64,000 nt of DNA from Felis catus (GCF_018350175.1 NC_058383.1:27158001-27222000), one strand, 5' to 3'; shown: positions 1 to 11,519, numbered from the stretch's first letter. Numbers and translations are program-made. The notes: generated by a model not told the origin, from the letters alone.

Positions 1-282
1 TGTATTTCTTACATGATGTTGGGTCTCAGTTTGCCCTTGTGTAAAACAGGTTTGCTTTGGGAGCTGAAGGAAGTATCTACCTGATTACACGTTATGCTCA
101 ACATATGAACTCAGTCCTTTCTTGGAAGACAGAGGGAGAAGGTCCTAACTCACCCCTGCCCTGTGCTTCTCTATACTCACATCTCCTCATTCTTTTATTA
201 TATTCCATCCATTTATAAATGGATTTCTCAAATGCATCAAGTTCATCTCGGACCCATGTCTTGACCAGACTGTTCTCTCAAT

Positions 283-505
283 AAGCATTTTCAACTGGAA
301 GCATTTTTGCCCCTTGGGGACATTGGGCAAAGTCTGGGGATATCGGTGGTTGTCCCAAATGAGTCGGTGGGAGGGGGGAGTGGGGAGGCAAGGCACTATT
401 GGATCTAGTGGACTGAGGCCAGGGGCTGCTGCTAAATGTCATGCTGTGCACAGAACAGTCCCCAAAACAAAGAGTCATCCAACTCAATATGTCATTAGTG
501 CCCAG
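283..505 (+). mobile_element. MER20-like hAT-Charlie MITE
   Basis: ttttgccccttggggacattgggcaaagtctgggga...tctagtggactgaggccaggggctgctgctaaa...aatatgtcattagtgcc resembles the MER20 consensus. Confidence 0.8.
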
Positions 506-1097
506 TCTAGAATGATCTAGGGCCTACTCTAGAATGATCTCTGTCTCATTTGCCTGACAATCTTTTAATCCTTCAGTTTTCAAGTTAAAACTGCAAGTTG
601 AGATGTTCTGACCTCTGACCATGTCCACCCCCTAGTCATCCCCTTGCTTTCTAGCTCTTTCACACCTTGCATGGCGCCTCTAATTCCACCTTCACAGGCA
701 GGGGACCTGCTCCACCAGGTAGGGCCTGGGGCGCTTTTGCTCACTAAATGCCCAATTAGTGCTTAGCATAGGAGTTGCTTAACGAACGTCTGTGGAATGG
801 GCATCTGAACAAATGAGTAAGTAAATAAGTAAGAATCTGCCCACCATGTTTCATAATCTGTTTGCCTTGCTATCCTATGAACAAAAGAAAATAGGTATGT
901 TTCTAAGGATCATTTTTCTCAGGTGCAAGGGTGCCAGGTGAACCCTGCCTAAACTGGCCAAAGAGTGTGCCTTCCCCAGGTTCCCGCCAGGGCCCAGGGC
1001 TTCCCAGCCAACAATGAGATGCCACCAACCAAGGATGGAAGGAAGGCACCAGGAATCGCATCGTGAAGGAGATGGAGACCATTTCTAACTTTAAATC

Positions 1098-1326
1098 TTT
1101 TTTTTTTTTTAATTTTTTTTCAACGTTTTTTATTTATTTTTGGGACAGAGAGAGACAGAGCATGAACGGGGGAGGGGCAGAGAGAGAGGGAGACACAGAA
1201 TCGGAAACAGGCTCCAGGCTCCGAGCCATCAGCCCAGAGCCTGACGCGGGGCTCAAACTCACGGATCGCGAGATCGTGACCTGGCTGAAGTCGGACGCTT
1301 AACCGACTACGCCACCCAGGCGCCCC
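1098..1326 (-). mobile_element. Young felid Can-SINE (SINEC_Fc) with 16-bp TSD
   Basis: Full tRNA-derived head, (CT)n and A tail, with CpGs intact. TSD atttcta(a/g)ctttaaat at 1081-1096 and 1328-1343. Confidence 0.95.
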
Positions 1327-1409
1327 TATTTCTAGCTTTAAATAGAGGACATCCCTCCACGCCTGTATCTTATTTGGTTCCTGATTAAAAACCCAAACTC
1401 CTGGGGATG

Positions 1410-1700
1410 TGTGCTTTCCATATTTGATGACATTAAGAATGATGGTTTAGGTGCGATCATCCTGTGGACGTTAGGTTAAAAGAACTTATCTTTCCGGGAG
1501 GTATACGGAAACACACACACAACTACATGGTGTCTCGGGAGTGCTTCAGTGGGGCCGTGGGAAGAGGGTGATAGCACAGACACGTCAGCACTGGCCACGA
1601 CCTGATTCCAGCTGAAACTAGGTGATGTGTACGTGAGGGTTCCCTATACTGTTCTCAGCACACGTATGTGTGTTTGAAAACTGCCCTGATAACTTTAAAA
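1410..1700 (+). mobile_element. Old L1 (L1MC/ME-like) 3' end fragment
   Basis: gctgaaactaggtgatgtgtacgtgagggttccctatactgttctc...tgtgtttgaaaa resembles the L1MC/ME 3' terminus. Confidence 0.6.
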
Positions 1701-1912
1701 AAATTTTTTTCTAATGTTTATTTTTGAGAAAGAGAGACAGAGACAGAACATGAGGAGGGGAGGGACAGAGAAAGGGAGATACAGCATCCGAAGCAGGTTC
1801 CAGGCTCCGAGCTGCTAGGACAGAGTCTGACACAGGGCTCAAACTCATCAGCCGCGAGATTATGACCGAGCCGAAGTCGGACGCTTAACCGACTGAACCA
1901 CCCAGGTGCCCC
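1701..1912 (-). mobile_element. Can-SINE
   Basis: Reverse complement of the ggggcacctgggtgg head plus poly-T tail. Confidence 0.93.
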
Positions 1913-2659
1913 AAAATGTTTCTTTCTTTTTCTTTTTTTAAAAGATGCTTTCATGTCGCTCTTGTGTGGAAAGTACTGTCCTCACCCAATACCCTCGCGC
2001 CACCAGAGGAAGTTAGGCCCCCCGCCCTTCGCTCTCTGTCCTCTTCTCCTTTTTAGCCCCACCAATAAATCAGGCTGGAAGACACAACACAGCCAAGCAA
2101 AGAGCTGCCTTCCAGCAGGAAATACACTTCATTTTCTTGCCTTCTCTCCCCGTCCCCCCGTCTAGAGGAGTTTCCTTTTTTACAGCCTATTTTAAAGAGC
2201 AGATCAATGTTTGGGCCAAGGGACAGATGTTCCTGGTGGCATCTCAGTTTCTCAGTGCCTCAGGGCTGCTGGCCGCCCCACCAGCTCCACACAATCGTGG
2301 CTGGCAGCCTGCAGGCCCACAGCGCGCAGACATTGGAGAATAGCTTGCCATTTGATACTTTCACGTGAAACCTCCAAATTTTTAAATGTGCGCAAACCGT
2401 TGTTTTGTTAACAGTTGTTAGGGACCAAGTACAGAGACCCGTGGGCATCCAATAGCCCAAAAACACACGTCTGTGACTCTGCCGGGCCTATCACAACTGA
2501 CCTCCCTCCCTCCACTCTGCTTCCCTTTCCAACACCTTGTCCTGCCTCTAATCAAACATGCCAGGGACTCCCAGATTCTAGAACGAACATCATGTCACTG
2601 CAGGAATCTCTATGACCTCTTAGCACTCTATCCCAGCCGCACTGAGCCCCATTGTGCCC

Positions 2660-2990
2660 CCCCGCCTCCGAGTACACCAGGCACATTCCCAGCAGCCGCA
2701 GTTCCCTCCGCCTAGACCACTTTCCCAGTCAGAGCAACTCACCCCTCCTCCTGTTCTTCTCCATAAGGACTTCCCCAGCCACTCTCATTAAAATCACAAC
2801 TCTGTCCTGCTGCTATGTTCTGCTTTGTTCTTCTCACATGTCACCGTACTATTTTGTTGTGGTCTCCCCCACTTGAATGGAAGCTCCCCACAGGTAGGGG
2901 TTTTGAGGTCTCTTCTGTGTACCCTCGAACAGAGCTGGGGACACCGTGCCCTCAGTAAATAAACACTAGCTGAATGAGTGAACGAACGCA
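2660..2990 (+). mobile_element. L2 3' end fragment
   Basis: gaatggaagctcc...ctcagtaaataaacactagctgaatgagtgaa L2 terminus. Confidence 0.6.
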
Positions 2991-3190
2991 TCCGTGATGC
3001 TCAGGTCCGGTGCGGATCCCAGGCCGGAAGACCCCAAGTGTAAGGTCTCCATGGCATCTCATGGAGGCAGAATGCTTCTCCAGCCTGGTGGCCATGTGCC
3101 TCTGCCTCTGGTTTCACAGCTCGGACCAAGGAAAGCAAGAGGAAGCCAAGACCTTAGCACAGGTGGGCCTGGGGCCACAGGCCGCCTTAC

Positions 3191-3393
3191 CTGATGGGGT
3201 AGTCGGCTGCGCTGAGGTTGATGAAGAAGTCCCAGGGCCAGTCGGTCATCTCCAGGAGGTCACGCATGCCCTGCAGGTACGTGGACAGGAGGCTGGCTCC
3301 TCCCCAGATGGTGGCCATCCGCCAGGGGGTGACGCGAACGTTGTCATACTGTCTGGCAAATTGGAGCACTTGCCGATGTAGGTAATTAGAGCG
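3191..3393 (-). CDS. XYLT1: XYLT1 coding exon (human exon 5 equivalent): GT14 domain with WGGASL and [10 protein letters not shown] motifs
   Basis: [67 protein letters not shown](R). Acceptor gggaaaag|CGC, donor CAG|gtaagg. 203 nt, phase 0 to 2. Confidence 0.96.
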
Positions 3394-3837
3394 CTTTTCC
3401 CAGGAGAGAAAAGGGGACAATTCAGCAGCCCAGAAAACACACAGACATGCCCCTCGGCTTCTCTCTGTCCCTTCCCTTCTAGTTGACAGGGCTTCTGAAC
3501 ATACCGGACTTTGCCAAGTAACTGGTTCAGGCCTGCAGGGTCTTTCTATGTGGCTGTGTGAAACTATTATTTTTAAAAACTTGTTTTAGGTACTTGAAAT
3601 GCAGATTCCCTGGCCCCACCTCTGAGCTGATGGTTCACTCTGTGTGGGCTGGTGCCTGGGATGCTGCATTTTAATACAAGACTAAGGCATGTGGTCTGAG
3701 GATAATAAGCTAACAAGTACGACCGTGTCTAAACCTGGTGTGTATGTTGAGGGATGGAACTTCTCCATGACCTTCCCAAAGTCCTGCTGTGATCAAGCAT
3801 CCCGTTTTTCCTCCTCGACTACTGACATAATCGTGTC

Positions 3838-4064
3838 AGGTCAGCAGACCAACAGAAACCTCTACCTCAGGCATAAGTCGGCTGCGGGGTTTTTATAAAT
3901 AAAGTTTTATTGGAACACAGCCCCACATACTCATTTATACATTTCTTATGGCTGCTTGCACGCTACATTGCAGAGCGGAGTTGGTGCAGCAGAGAGTGTA
4001 GAGCCCACATAGCCTAAAATATTTACCATCTGGCCCTTTCTGGGACATGTGTGCCCACCCCTGG
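3838..4064. mobile_element. MER58A-like hAT MITE in intron 4
   Basis: taaataaagttttattggaacacagcc...gcctaaaatatttaccatctggccctt...cccctg. Confidence 0.85.
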
Positions 4065-4179
4065 GATAGCCCCGCTCACAAAGCGGCAGGCACCGTATCG
4101 GGCAGTGGAGCAGTGAGGAAAAAGAGGTAAGAAACACAACGTTTACAGATAAAGTCTAAAGTCACAACTGGGGACTTTG

Positions 4180-4181
<2 letters not shown>

Positions 4182-4234
<53 letters not shown>

Positions 4235-4257
4235 GCCTCTCTCTCTCTTTCTCTCTC
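4182..4257 (+). repeat. (AC)24 microsatellite followed by a CT-rich tract
   Basis: Perfect AC repeat at 4182-4229. Confidence 0.97.
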
Positions 4258-4302
4258 CCCCAGACCAAATGCTACAAGGAGAGGCAGCTGATTAGACTAT
4301 CA

Positions 4303-4659
<357 letters not shown>

Positions 4660-4805
4660 CTATTTGAAAGGCACGGTCATCATATCGGGCCCTGACACCT
4701 AATCCAGCTTAACTAAACTTGTCGTGGACACTTACAACGTCCTGGTACAAATGTGGGGGACCGTGAGGTCCACAAAGGCAGGGATCCAAATCCCAAGAAG
4801 CTTTA

Positions 4806-5041
4806 TTTATTTATTTATTTTTTAATTTTTTTTTCAACGTTTTTTTATTTATTTTTGGGACAGAGAGAGACAGAGCATGAACGGGGGAGGGGCAGAGAGA
4901 GAGGGAGACACAGAATCGGAAACAGGCTCCAGGCTCCGAGCCATCAGCCCAGAGCCCGATGCGGGGCTCGAACCCACGGACCGCGAGATCGTGACCTGGC
5001 TGAAGTCGGACGCTTAACCGACTGCGCCACCCAGGCGCCCC
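4806..5041 (-). mobile_element. Young SINEC_Fc with TSD agaagcttta
   Basis: Near-identical to the 1098-1326 copy. TSD at 4796-4805 and 5043-5052. Confidence 0.95.
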
Positions 5042-5242
5042 GAGAAGCTTTAAAAAAGCTGACGGAGACCTAAGCACATGTATTAACCTATAGAACAAGG
5101 CGGGAGGAAATGAGAGGTGTAAGAGCTGTGTCTCTGAACTGCAGGGGAAGGAGGAGGTATTTCTGAGCTGGAAAACACAAGATACACGAGCTGGCTTTGC
5201 CTGTCCAGCACCCACTCTTCCTTCTCCTCCTAACAGCACCCT

Positions 5243-5400
5243 TTTTTTGTAAAAATTGTGGTAAGAACAGAAAATATGGTATCTGCCCTCTTACACTTTT
5301 AAGATCACAGCCGAGTATTGTTGATTTTAAGCACAATGTCACACAGAAGGTCTCTAGAACTAAGTCATCTCCCAAAATGAAAACTTTCTCATACAGGACG
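5243..5400 (-). mobile_element. L1MA/MB 3' end fragment
   Basis: tgtggtaagaaca...cacaatgtcacacagaaggtctctagaact. Confidence 0.65.
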
Positions 5401-6289
5401 TTGTATGAGAGATATGTATGTGAGAATCCAAACGTCTCATACGGGACATCGTCCCCCTCCTCCATCCTTAGTCTACATGGATGGGGAGGGTCTCCATTAT
5501 CGGTGACAGGGAAGGTCACAGAGCTTAAGGCCTGGCCAATTGGAACACTGTATCTCTCTGGCAGTGAACAGTCTGTACGGTTCAGAGACGAATGTGTGAC
5601 CCAAAGAAGCTAATTAGCCAAGAAGACAGTAGAATTCCAGGCTTTTGTCGCAACAAGTAGATTAGAGAGGCTCCCCTTCTGCAATACATAAAACTGCAAG
5701 ACTCTAAGAGCCCATTTATCCCCGCCTGGACAAAGATTTTTTTCTGAGAGAAAAGCCAACACAGAGGAGGCACTGCTGAGTCATGGGATCCTAATGACCC
5801 CGCCTGAGTTAGCTCTATCAGTCCTGCTGGAGGTCAGCCACCATCATCTCTTGGTTTTCTTTGAAAGCCCAGATGCTAGACCAGAACCACCTGCATCTAC
5901 GTGGTTCCACGTGTCTTTTACCCTAGAAGAGCCTTAAAGATTCCTTTTCTCCTCCTTTCCCTTGCAAACACTCCAAGGGCAGGGCTTCAAGGAGGAACAC
6001 AGCCTGCTGGGTTAGTTCATTACAATTTTGACTAGAGATCTTCTGCCTGACTGCCTTTGGCTCAAATTTGATTTCTTCTGGCTTCTAGGTTTAGGAGACC
6101 CAGAACGTTGCAGGTGTCCCAGGATGTCAGCTTGGAAAACAGAGAACCAGGAGCGGTTAGTCTGGAGCTCTGGAGACTGGGAGCCTGCCGCTGTCACTGG
6201 AAAGCTGAGCGACTGCCAAATGAACACGGCTCCTTCTATGCTGTTCCAGAAGACAGGATGAAATTAACATGGATGATGTCCAGATCACG

Positions 6290-6725
6290 TGGCCCAGCCT
6301 TTACGGCCTACATGACCTACCTCCTGAGGCCCTCTGCGCCCTGCGTGCCTTACCGTCTACCTTGCTACCTGGCCTTCTTTCTTTTCCTTGAGCCGTTTCA
6401 TTTCTGCCTCAGGACCTTCTCACTGGCTATTCCTGTTACCTGGAACACCCTCTCCCTAGATCTTCGCATGGCTGTAGCTTGTCATTAGTTCACAGCTCAA
6501 CAGAAGAACACCTGCCGCCACCAGCCACATCACTCTCTTTCACCTCACCGCATCTCAACTTCTGCGTAGCATTTAATACCATCTGAAATTGTTTATCTGT
6601 TTACTTATTAGTTGTTTGAACACTTCACTAGGATGTAAGCTCCAAGAGATGAGAGGCTATTTCGGTGTTGTTTATCAATGAACACTCAATGCTATAACAG
6701 GATCTGGCAGACATCTGGTTCTCGC
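6290..6725 (+). mobile_element. L2 fragment
   Basis: ctgcctcaggaccttctcactggctattcctgttacctggaacaccctctcc...cactaggatgtaagctccaagag. Confidence 0.7.
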
Positions 6726-6769
6726 TGGAAAAAAAAAAGCGATAGGAGGGTACATTTTGGTTTGGTCCA

Positions 6770-7000
6770 TAATAATAACAATACGTTTCACTGAGCGCCG
6801 ACCAGCCCTTGCCCTTCATTATTTCACTCAATCCTCTTAACAACCCCTGCACGATAGTGCTATTATCCCCATTTTGCAAGTGAGGAAACCGTAGCTTAGA
6901 GAGGCCAAGGGATTTGTTTATTCAAGGTCACAATGCTTTAATTATTCAGCTGAGATTCAAACCTGGATCCATTTCCAGAGCCTATGTCCTTAAACACTAA
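6770..7000 (-). mobile_element. MIR
   Basis: attatccccattttgcaagtgaggaaaccgtagcttagagagg MIR core. Confidence 0.8.
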
Positions 7001-7083
7001 TATATACTACGGTACCACACCCAGACTTTGGAAAAGTTTATAACAATTCCGCTTGAGTTGAGGAGAGGACAGGAAACACCAGA

Positions 7084-7280
7084 GGGGCTCCTGGGTGGCT
7101 CAGTCGGGTAAGCGTCAAGCTTTTCATTTTGGCTCAGGTCACGATCCCAGGGTCATGGGATGAAGCCCTGTGTCAGGCTCTGTGCTGACCATGGAGGCTG
7201 CTTAAGATTCTCTCTCTCCCTCTGCCCATTTTCCCCGTTCATGTACACTCTCTCTAAAAGAGAAAATAAAAAACAAAACA
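7084..7280 (+). mobile_element. Older Can-SINE
   Basis: ggggctcctgggtggctcagtcgggtaagcg head, CT tract and A-rich tail. Confidence 0.9.
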
Positions 7281-7434
7281 ACCCCTACTCAATTCTGCTT
7301 TTTAATGAAATAGCCTGTAAATCAGTCATTGCAGCTAGGTAGACATGCATTCAAGGCCTATCATAGGCACTGCAGGAAGGATTCCTATGTTATGTGGGAG
7401 GCTGACTCTCGATGGCCAATAAGATCCCACCTTT

Positions 7435-7570
7435 TCATCCATCCATCCATCCATCGAAATCCAACCACCCATCCAGCAAACCATTCGACAACCCATCCAG
7501 CACAGCACTCAACAGCTTATCATCCAGAAAACCAAGCATCCATTCATCCATGCACCCATCCATCCAGCAT
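7435..7570 (+). repeat. Degenerate (CCAT)n tract at an L2 tail
   Basis: catccatccatccatccatc...ccatccatccagc, followed by minus-strand L2-like sequence. Confidence 0.75.
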
Positions 7571-8950
7571 CCTCAAAGCAAATCACCCATGCCCCCACTC
7601 TTCCAACTATCAACTTGGTGATTCATGCCATATTAATTTAGCCTGTACCTCTTTGCCAAATACTGTGCTAGGTACCAGTAAAATAAAATTCAGGGAAAAA
7701 AGTCCTTATCTTTGAGGGGCTCAGCCAGCTGGGGCAAACAGAAGACAACGGTCACTTGTTTTAGGATAGGAGTGTCTGCAGCTTGCCCTCGGAGTGGGGA
7801 AGGGGTGAGCGGTCTGCCTGCAGAGCTAGGGGGCACCTTTGGAAGTTCAGCTCAAAGCTTCTGAGCCCATCTTTTTAAGCACTCGTGGTGGATCCCCGCG
7901 TCTTTGGCTCCTTGGCTGTTCAGTCCGTAGCTGCGATCCTGGGGATAATTACCATCTTGGCTCTTGTTGCAGACAGACTGACCGGCAACCAGAAAGGGTT
8001 ATCCTAACCACCCTCTCATCTTCCCTCCGAACCAATCACAAATACTCTGGGCTTTCCCGGTGATTATATGAGAGGGGCATGCCTGGAGGAATCGTGTCCC
8101 TTTAGACACTCACACAACTATCCATCCATCCTTAAAACCCCCCACATGCCAGCCCTGGACAACGCCTGAAGTGCTAAGACACGTAGGATGTGAGCCTGTT
8201 TTCACAAACGGATTATGAATGGACTAAGGAATGTGAGAATCCAAAGTAAAAAGATGATAACGTGTAAGAAAAGCTTGTATTCTCCTTCCCATGACTGCAG
8301 CCTAAAGGCAACATACTGATCTTCACCATGCTGGCTGCGACCTCGCCTTCCCCTCCTTGGAGACTATTTAACAAAGGGAGGAATGTTTAGAAACAACGGC
8401 TACCTGTGCCCCTTTTTACCACCTGGACTTCATCGGGTGGTTTTTCAAAGGCCTAAAGGTGGCCCACGACACCGTATTTTCTAGGAAGTTCACTCTGCAG
8501 GGGCTCCTGCTGGTCCTCAGGTAACACTGCTCATCCCTACCCCAAGGTGTCTGGGTAACACTGATCTGGAGCTCCCCACACCTGCAGCTTCCTGGGCCTC
8601 TAGGATCAGCCGGTGGTCTCTGGCCGTGGATATCTCTTGCCATGCTGCTGAATGGGTGGGTGAACGAATGAATGGAAGGAAGGAATGCATTCTGGACACG
8701 AGCCACTGCTCCGGTCCAGAGGAGTTGATGTCACTTGAGGGCCTGCTACCCATCAGCCTGTGCCGGACTGGGTTTGCGGGCGACTTACTTGGCTCTGGGG
8801 GAATGCAGGGTCAGCCTGTGAGGCTCAGAGAAATCAGCATGTCTCCCCAGGGTCACACACAAGCCCAAATCCAGTCTGCTACCTTTACCTGCCTCCAGGG
8901 CATCAGAGGGTAGAGAGACAGAGAGGGTTGGCGTCAGACCCTGTGCAGAT

Positions 8951-8992
8951 CTTTTTTCTTTTAATTAAAAAAAAATGTTTTTAGTGTTTATT

Positions 8993-9035
<43 letters not shown>

Positions 9036-9197
9036 CAGAGAGAGAGGCAGAGAGGGAGGGAGACAGAATCCAAAGCAGGCTCCAGGCTGTGAGCTGTCAG
9101 CACAGAGCCTGATGTGGGGCTTGAACCCACAAACTGCAAGATCATGACCCGAGCCAAAGGTGGATGCTTAACTGACTGAGCCCCCCAGGAGCCCCCC
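8951..9197 (-). mobile_element. Can-SINE with expanded (GA)n
   Basis: About 19 GA units at 8996-9034 inside the SINE body. Confidence 0.93.
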
Positions 9198-9509
9198 ATG
9201 TGCTGGTCTTTAAAGAGATTTGTGCACTGATGTTCAAGAAAACCTTTTGTAACTTTCTTTAGGGTTTTAGAAAGAACAGATTCACGGACAGACAGACATA
9301 GATGTGAATGCTTCCCTTCTGAAGAAAAGGAACCGAGCCCCAGGGAAATCAGGCACTATCACTCCAGCAACAGAGCCTCTGGACTGAAAGCCATCCCCGG
9401 GTCAGACAGCTGGTGTGGGGAGCAACCAAGAGAAGAGGGAACAAAAAACCCCAGGTTCCTCTGGAGTCCGGCTATTTTGGGGATAGGGGTGGGCAGGAAA
9501 GAACTGAAA

Positions 9510-9830
9510 TACCTGAAGAAAGGAGACACACACACACAGGGGAGGATGAGGACAGGGCTGAGGGGCAGAGAGACAGACAGAAATAGACAAAGACAGAGAG
9601 ACAGATGCAGAGAGGGAGCAGGGATACAGAGGGGCCACAATCCCATTGAGAGAAAAATGGAGGGAGACCTGCAGGCAGGAAGACCGCCCCCTTCCTCCCA
9701 CATATGGAGGGAGAAACACACACAGAAGCGCCGAGAAAGCCAGAAACCTACACAGGTATGAACGGAGACAAACCATGTAATCAGATACAGAGAGACAGGA
9801 AGAGACAAGGAAAGAGGGAGCCACGATGGA
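9510..9830 (+). repeat. GA/GACA-rich low-complexity tract
   Basis: gagagacagacagaaatagacaaagacagagagacagatgcagagagggag... Confidence 0.75.
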
Positions 9831-9959
9831 GAAGCCGGGTCCACCGAGCTTCCACACCTATCAAGCATCCCTCAGGGCAAAGGCAAACGAACCCCCAGGA
9901 CGTCAGAGTGCAAAAAGGCCCCAGGCCTCGCCTGCTGCCCCCTCACCTGGCAGCTCTGC

Positions 9960-10600
9960 CTCTCTCAGGGGCCCGGTGACGGAGGCAGGAGCCGAGGCCC
10001 AGAGCCCCACCCAAAGCGGCAGGATGGCTGGCTCCGGAAACACACCCATAACGGGCCCCCATTCCGGCACGTAGTAGGACCTCGATGCGTTTCACTGAAT
10101 AACCAGAGAGGGAACGAGCGAGTTTTGTGCCCACATGGCGGCCGGGTGGGGGTGCGGCTCCCAAGGCTGAGGTTCACACGATGCCCTTTGCCAGCTGCCA
10201 GCCACCAGCTTCCCATTGTTGTCGCACGCCCCTGGCTCCTGTAATGACCTTTCCGGCAAGCAGCTCTGACACGGTGGGGGCTGGCGGGTGGGGGAGCTAG
10301 AGAGGACAAGAAGCCACACCGCAGACAGGGCGGAGACGGGTCCTGCGGTGGCCCCCTCCACACCCCGGCCACCACTGCGGGGGCCGCGGTCCTGAAAAGT
10401 CTTCTATGCAGTACGTCTTCAACGGACTGTGGTGAGATTCCCAGCACGAGCCGCAAGTGGAGAAACCTTCTCTCCCATGCTGCTGGCGGGAGGTTGGGGG
10501 GCGGGGGATGGGAAGCTGCCACGGCTTGGCCAGCACTGATGTGGCCGCAAGAATTATAATTTTAAACATAGCCCTTGACCCAGTAACTCCGCCCCCAGGA
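9960..10600. promoter_or_regulatory. Intronic CpG-rich, GC-rich region; candidate internal promoter or enhancer
   Basis: About 37 CpG in 9961-10550 by hand count, not explained by a recognisable repeat. GC box GGGGCGGGG at 10498-10506, CCGGAA ETS cores, YY1-like ACATGGCGGC at 10133-10142. Confidence 0.5.
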
Positions 10601-10664
10601 ATCTATCTTAATTAAGGTTAGGAGAAGGCAAGCGTGTAAGTCTCTACACATAGAAGGCTCTTTT

Positions 10665-11250
10665 GTTCATTTATTCATTCACCTGGTGTCTTGAATGTGC
10701 CAGGCATAGTTCTTGTCATATTAGTGGACACAAGAGAGTCCTTCCCTGAATGCTGCTTAGTCTAGCAGGATGGAAAGCCAATAAAAAAAAAGTAAGCAAA
10801 TAGAAAATACAGTTGCAGGGGCGCCTGGGTGGCTCAGTCGGTTGGGCGTCCGACTTCGGCTCAGGTCATGATCTCGCGGTCCATGAGTTCGAGCCCCGCG
10901 TCGGGCTTTGTGCTGACAGCTCAGAGCCTGGAGCCTGTTTCAGATTCTGTGTCTCCCTCTCTCTCTCTGACCCTCCCCTGTTCATGCTCTGTTTCTGTCT
11001 CAAAAATAAATAAAATGTTAAAAAAAAAAAAAGAAAATACAGTTGCAGATAGTGATAAAGGTTATGAAAAAGAGAACAAAGTCATGTTAAGGGAAGGGAT
11101 TTATTTAACTACGGTGGCCGGGGAAGGCTGATGTGGGGATATGCGAACAAACTCTGATTAAGATGAGGGAGTGAGTCATGTTATTATCAGGGATGAGGAG
11201 GATTGCTGGCAGCCAGTGTAGCAAGTGCAAAGGTCCTGGGGCCTTGACCT
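10665..11250 (-). mobile_element. L2 fragment interrupted by a SINE
   Basis: ttcatttattcattca...tgtgccaggc...caagtgcaaaggtcctggggc. Confidence 0.65.
10818..11032 (+). mobile_element. SINEC_Fc with perfect TSD
   Basis: agaaaatacagttgca at 10802-10817 and 11032-11047. Confidence 0.95.
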
Positions 11251-11519
11251 CAATAGTGTTTATAATGGTCCAAAACAGGAATCGCCTGAAAGGTCTTATT
11301 AATACATACTGATACAGACTGTTGTCTATAATATATCAAGCAAAAGAGAAGTTCTAGTCTATAACCCCTAACGTTTTATAAGACATGCTCCCAAATATTA
11401 ACAGAGGTTCGTATGGTGACGTGACAGTTTTCCTCTCTTATTTATACTTTTCTGCATTATCTGCATTTGGTAAAATGGATTACATTTATCATGAAACATA
11501 ACAAAGGTGAGGCCTAATT

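Noticed and set aside
1063..1302. Recurrent ORFs such as GGGAEREGDTESETGSRL and AQVMISRFVSSSP
   Set aside because: These are translations of Can-SINE copies.
9359..9868. Hydrophobic 150-170 aa ORFs
   Set aside because: They are by-products of the CT/GT-rich low-complexity tract.
9931..9950. CTCF-like motif gctgccccctcacctgg
   Set aside because: Spacing after CCCCCT does not fit the core consensus. The sequence is better explained as a splice donor.
9965..10522. 185-aa minus-strand ORF in the CpG-rich region
   Set aside because: GC-rich DNA has few stops. The ORF has no recognisable domain, stops before the donor and is not in the XYLT1 frame.
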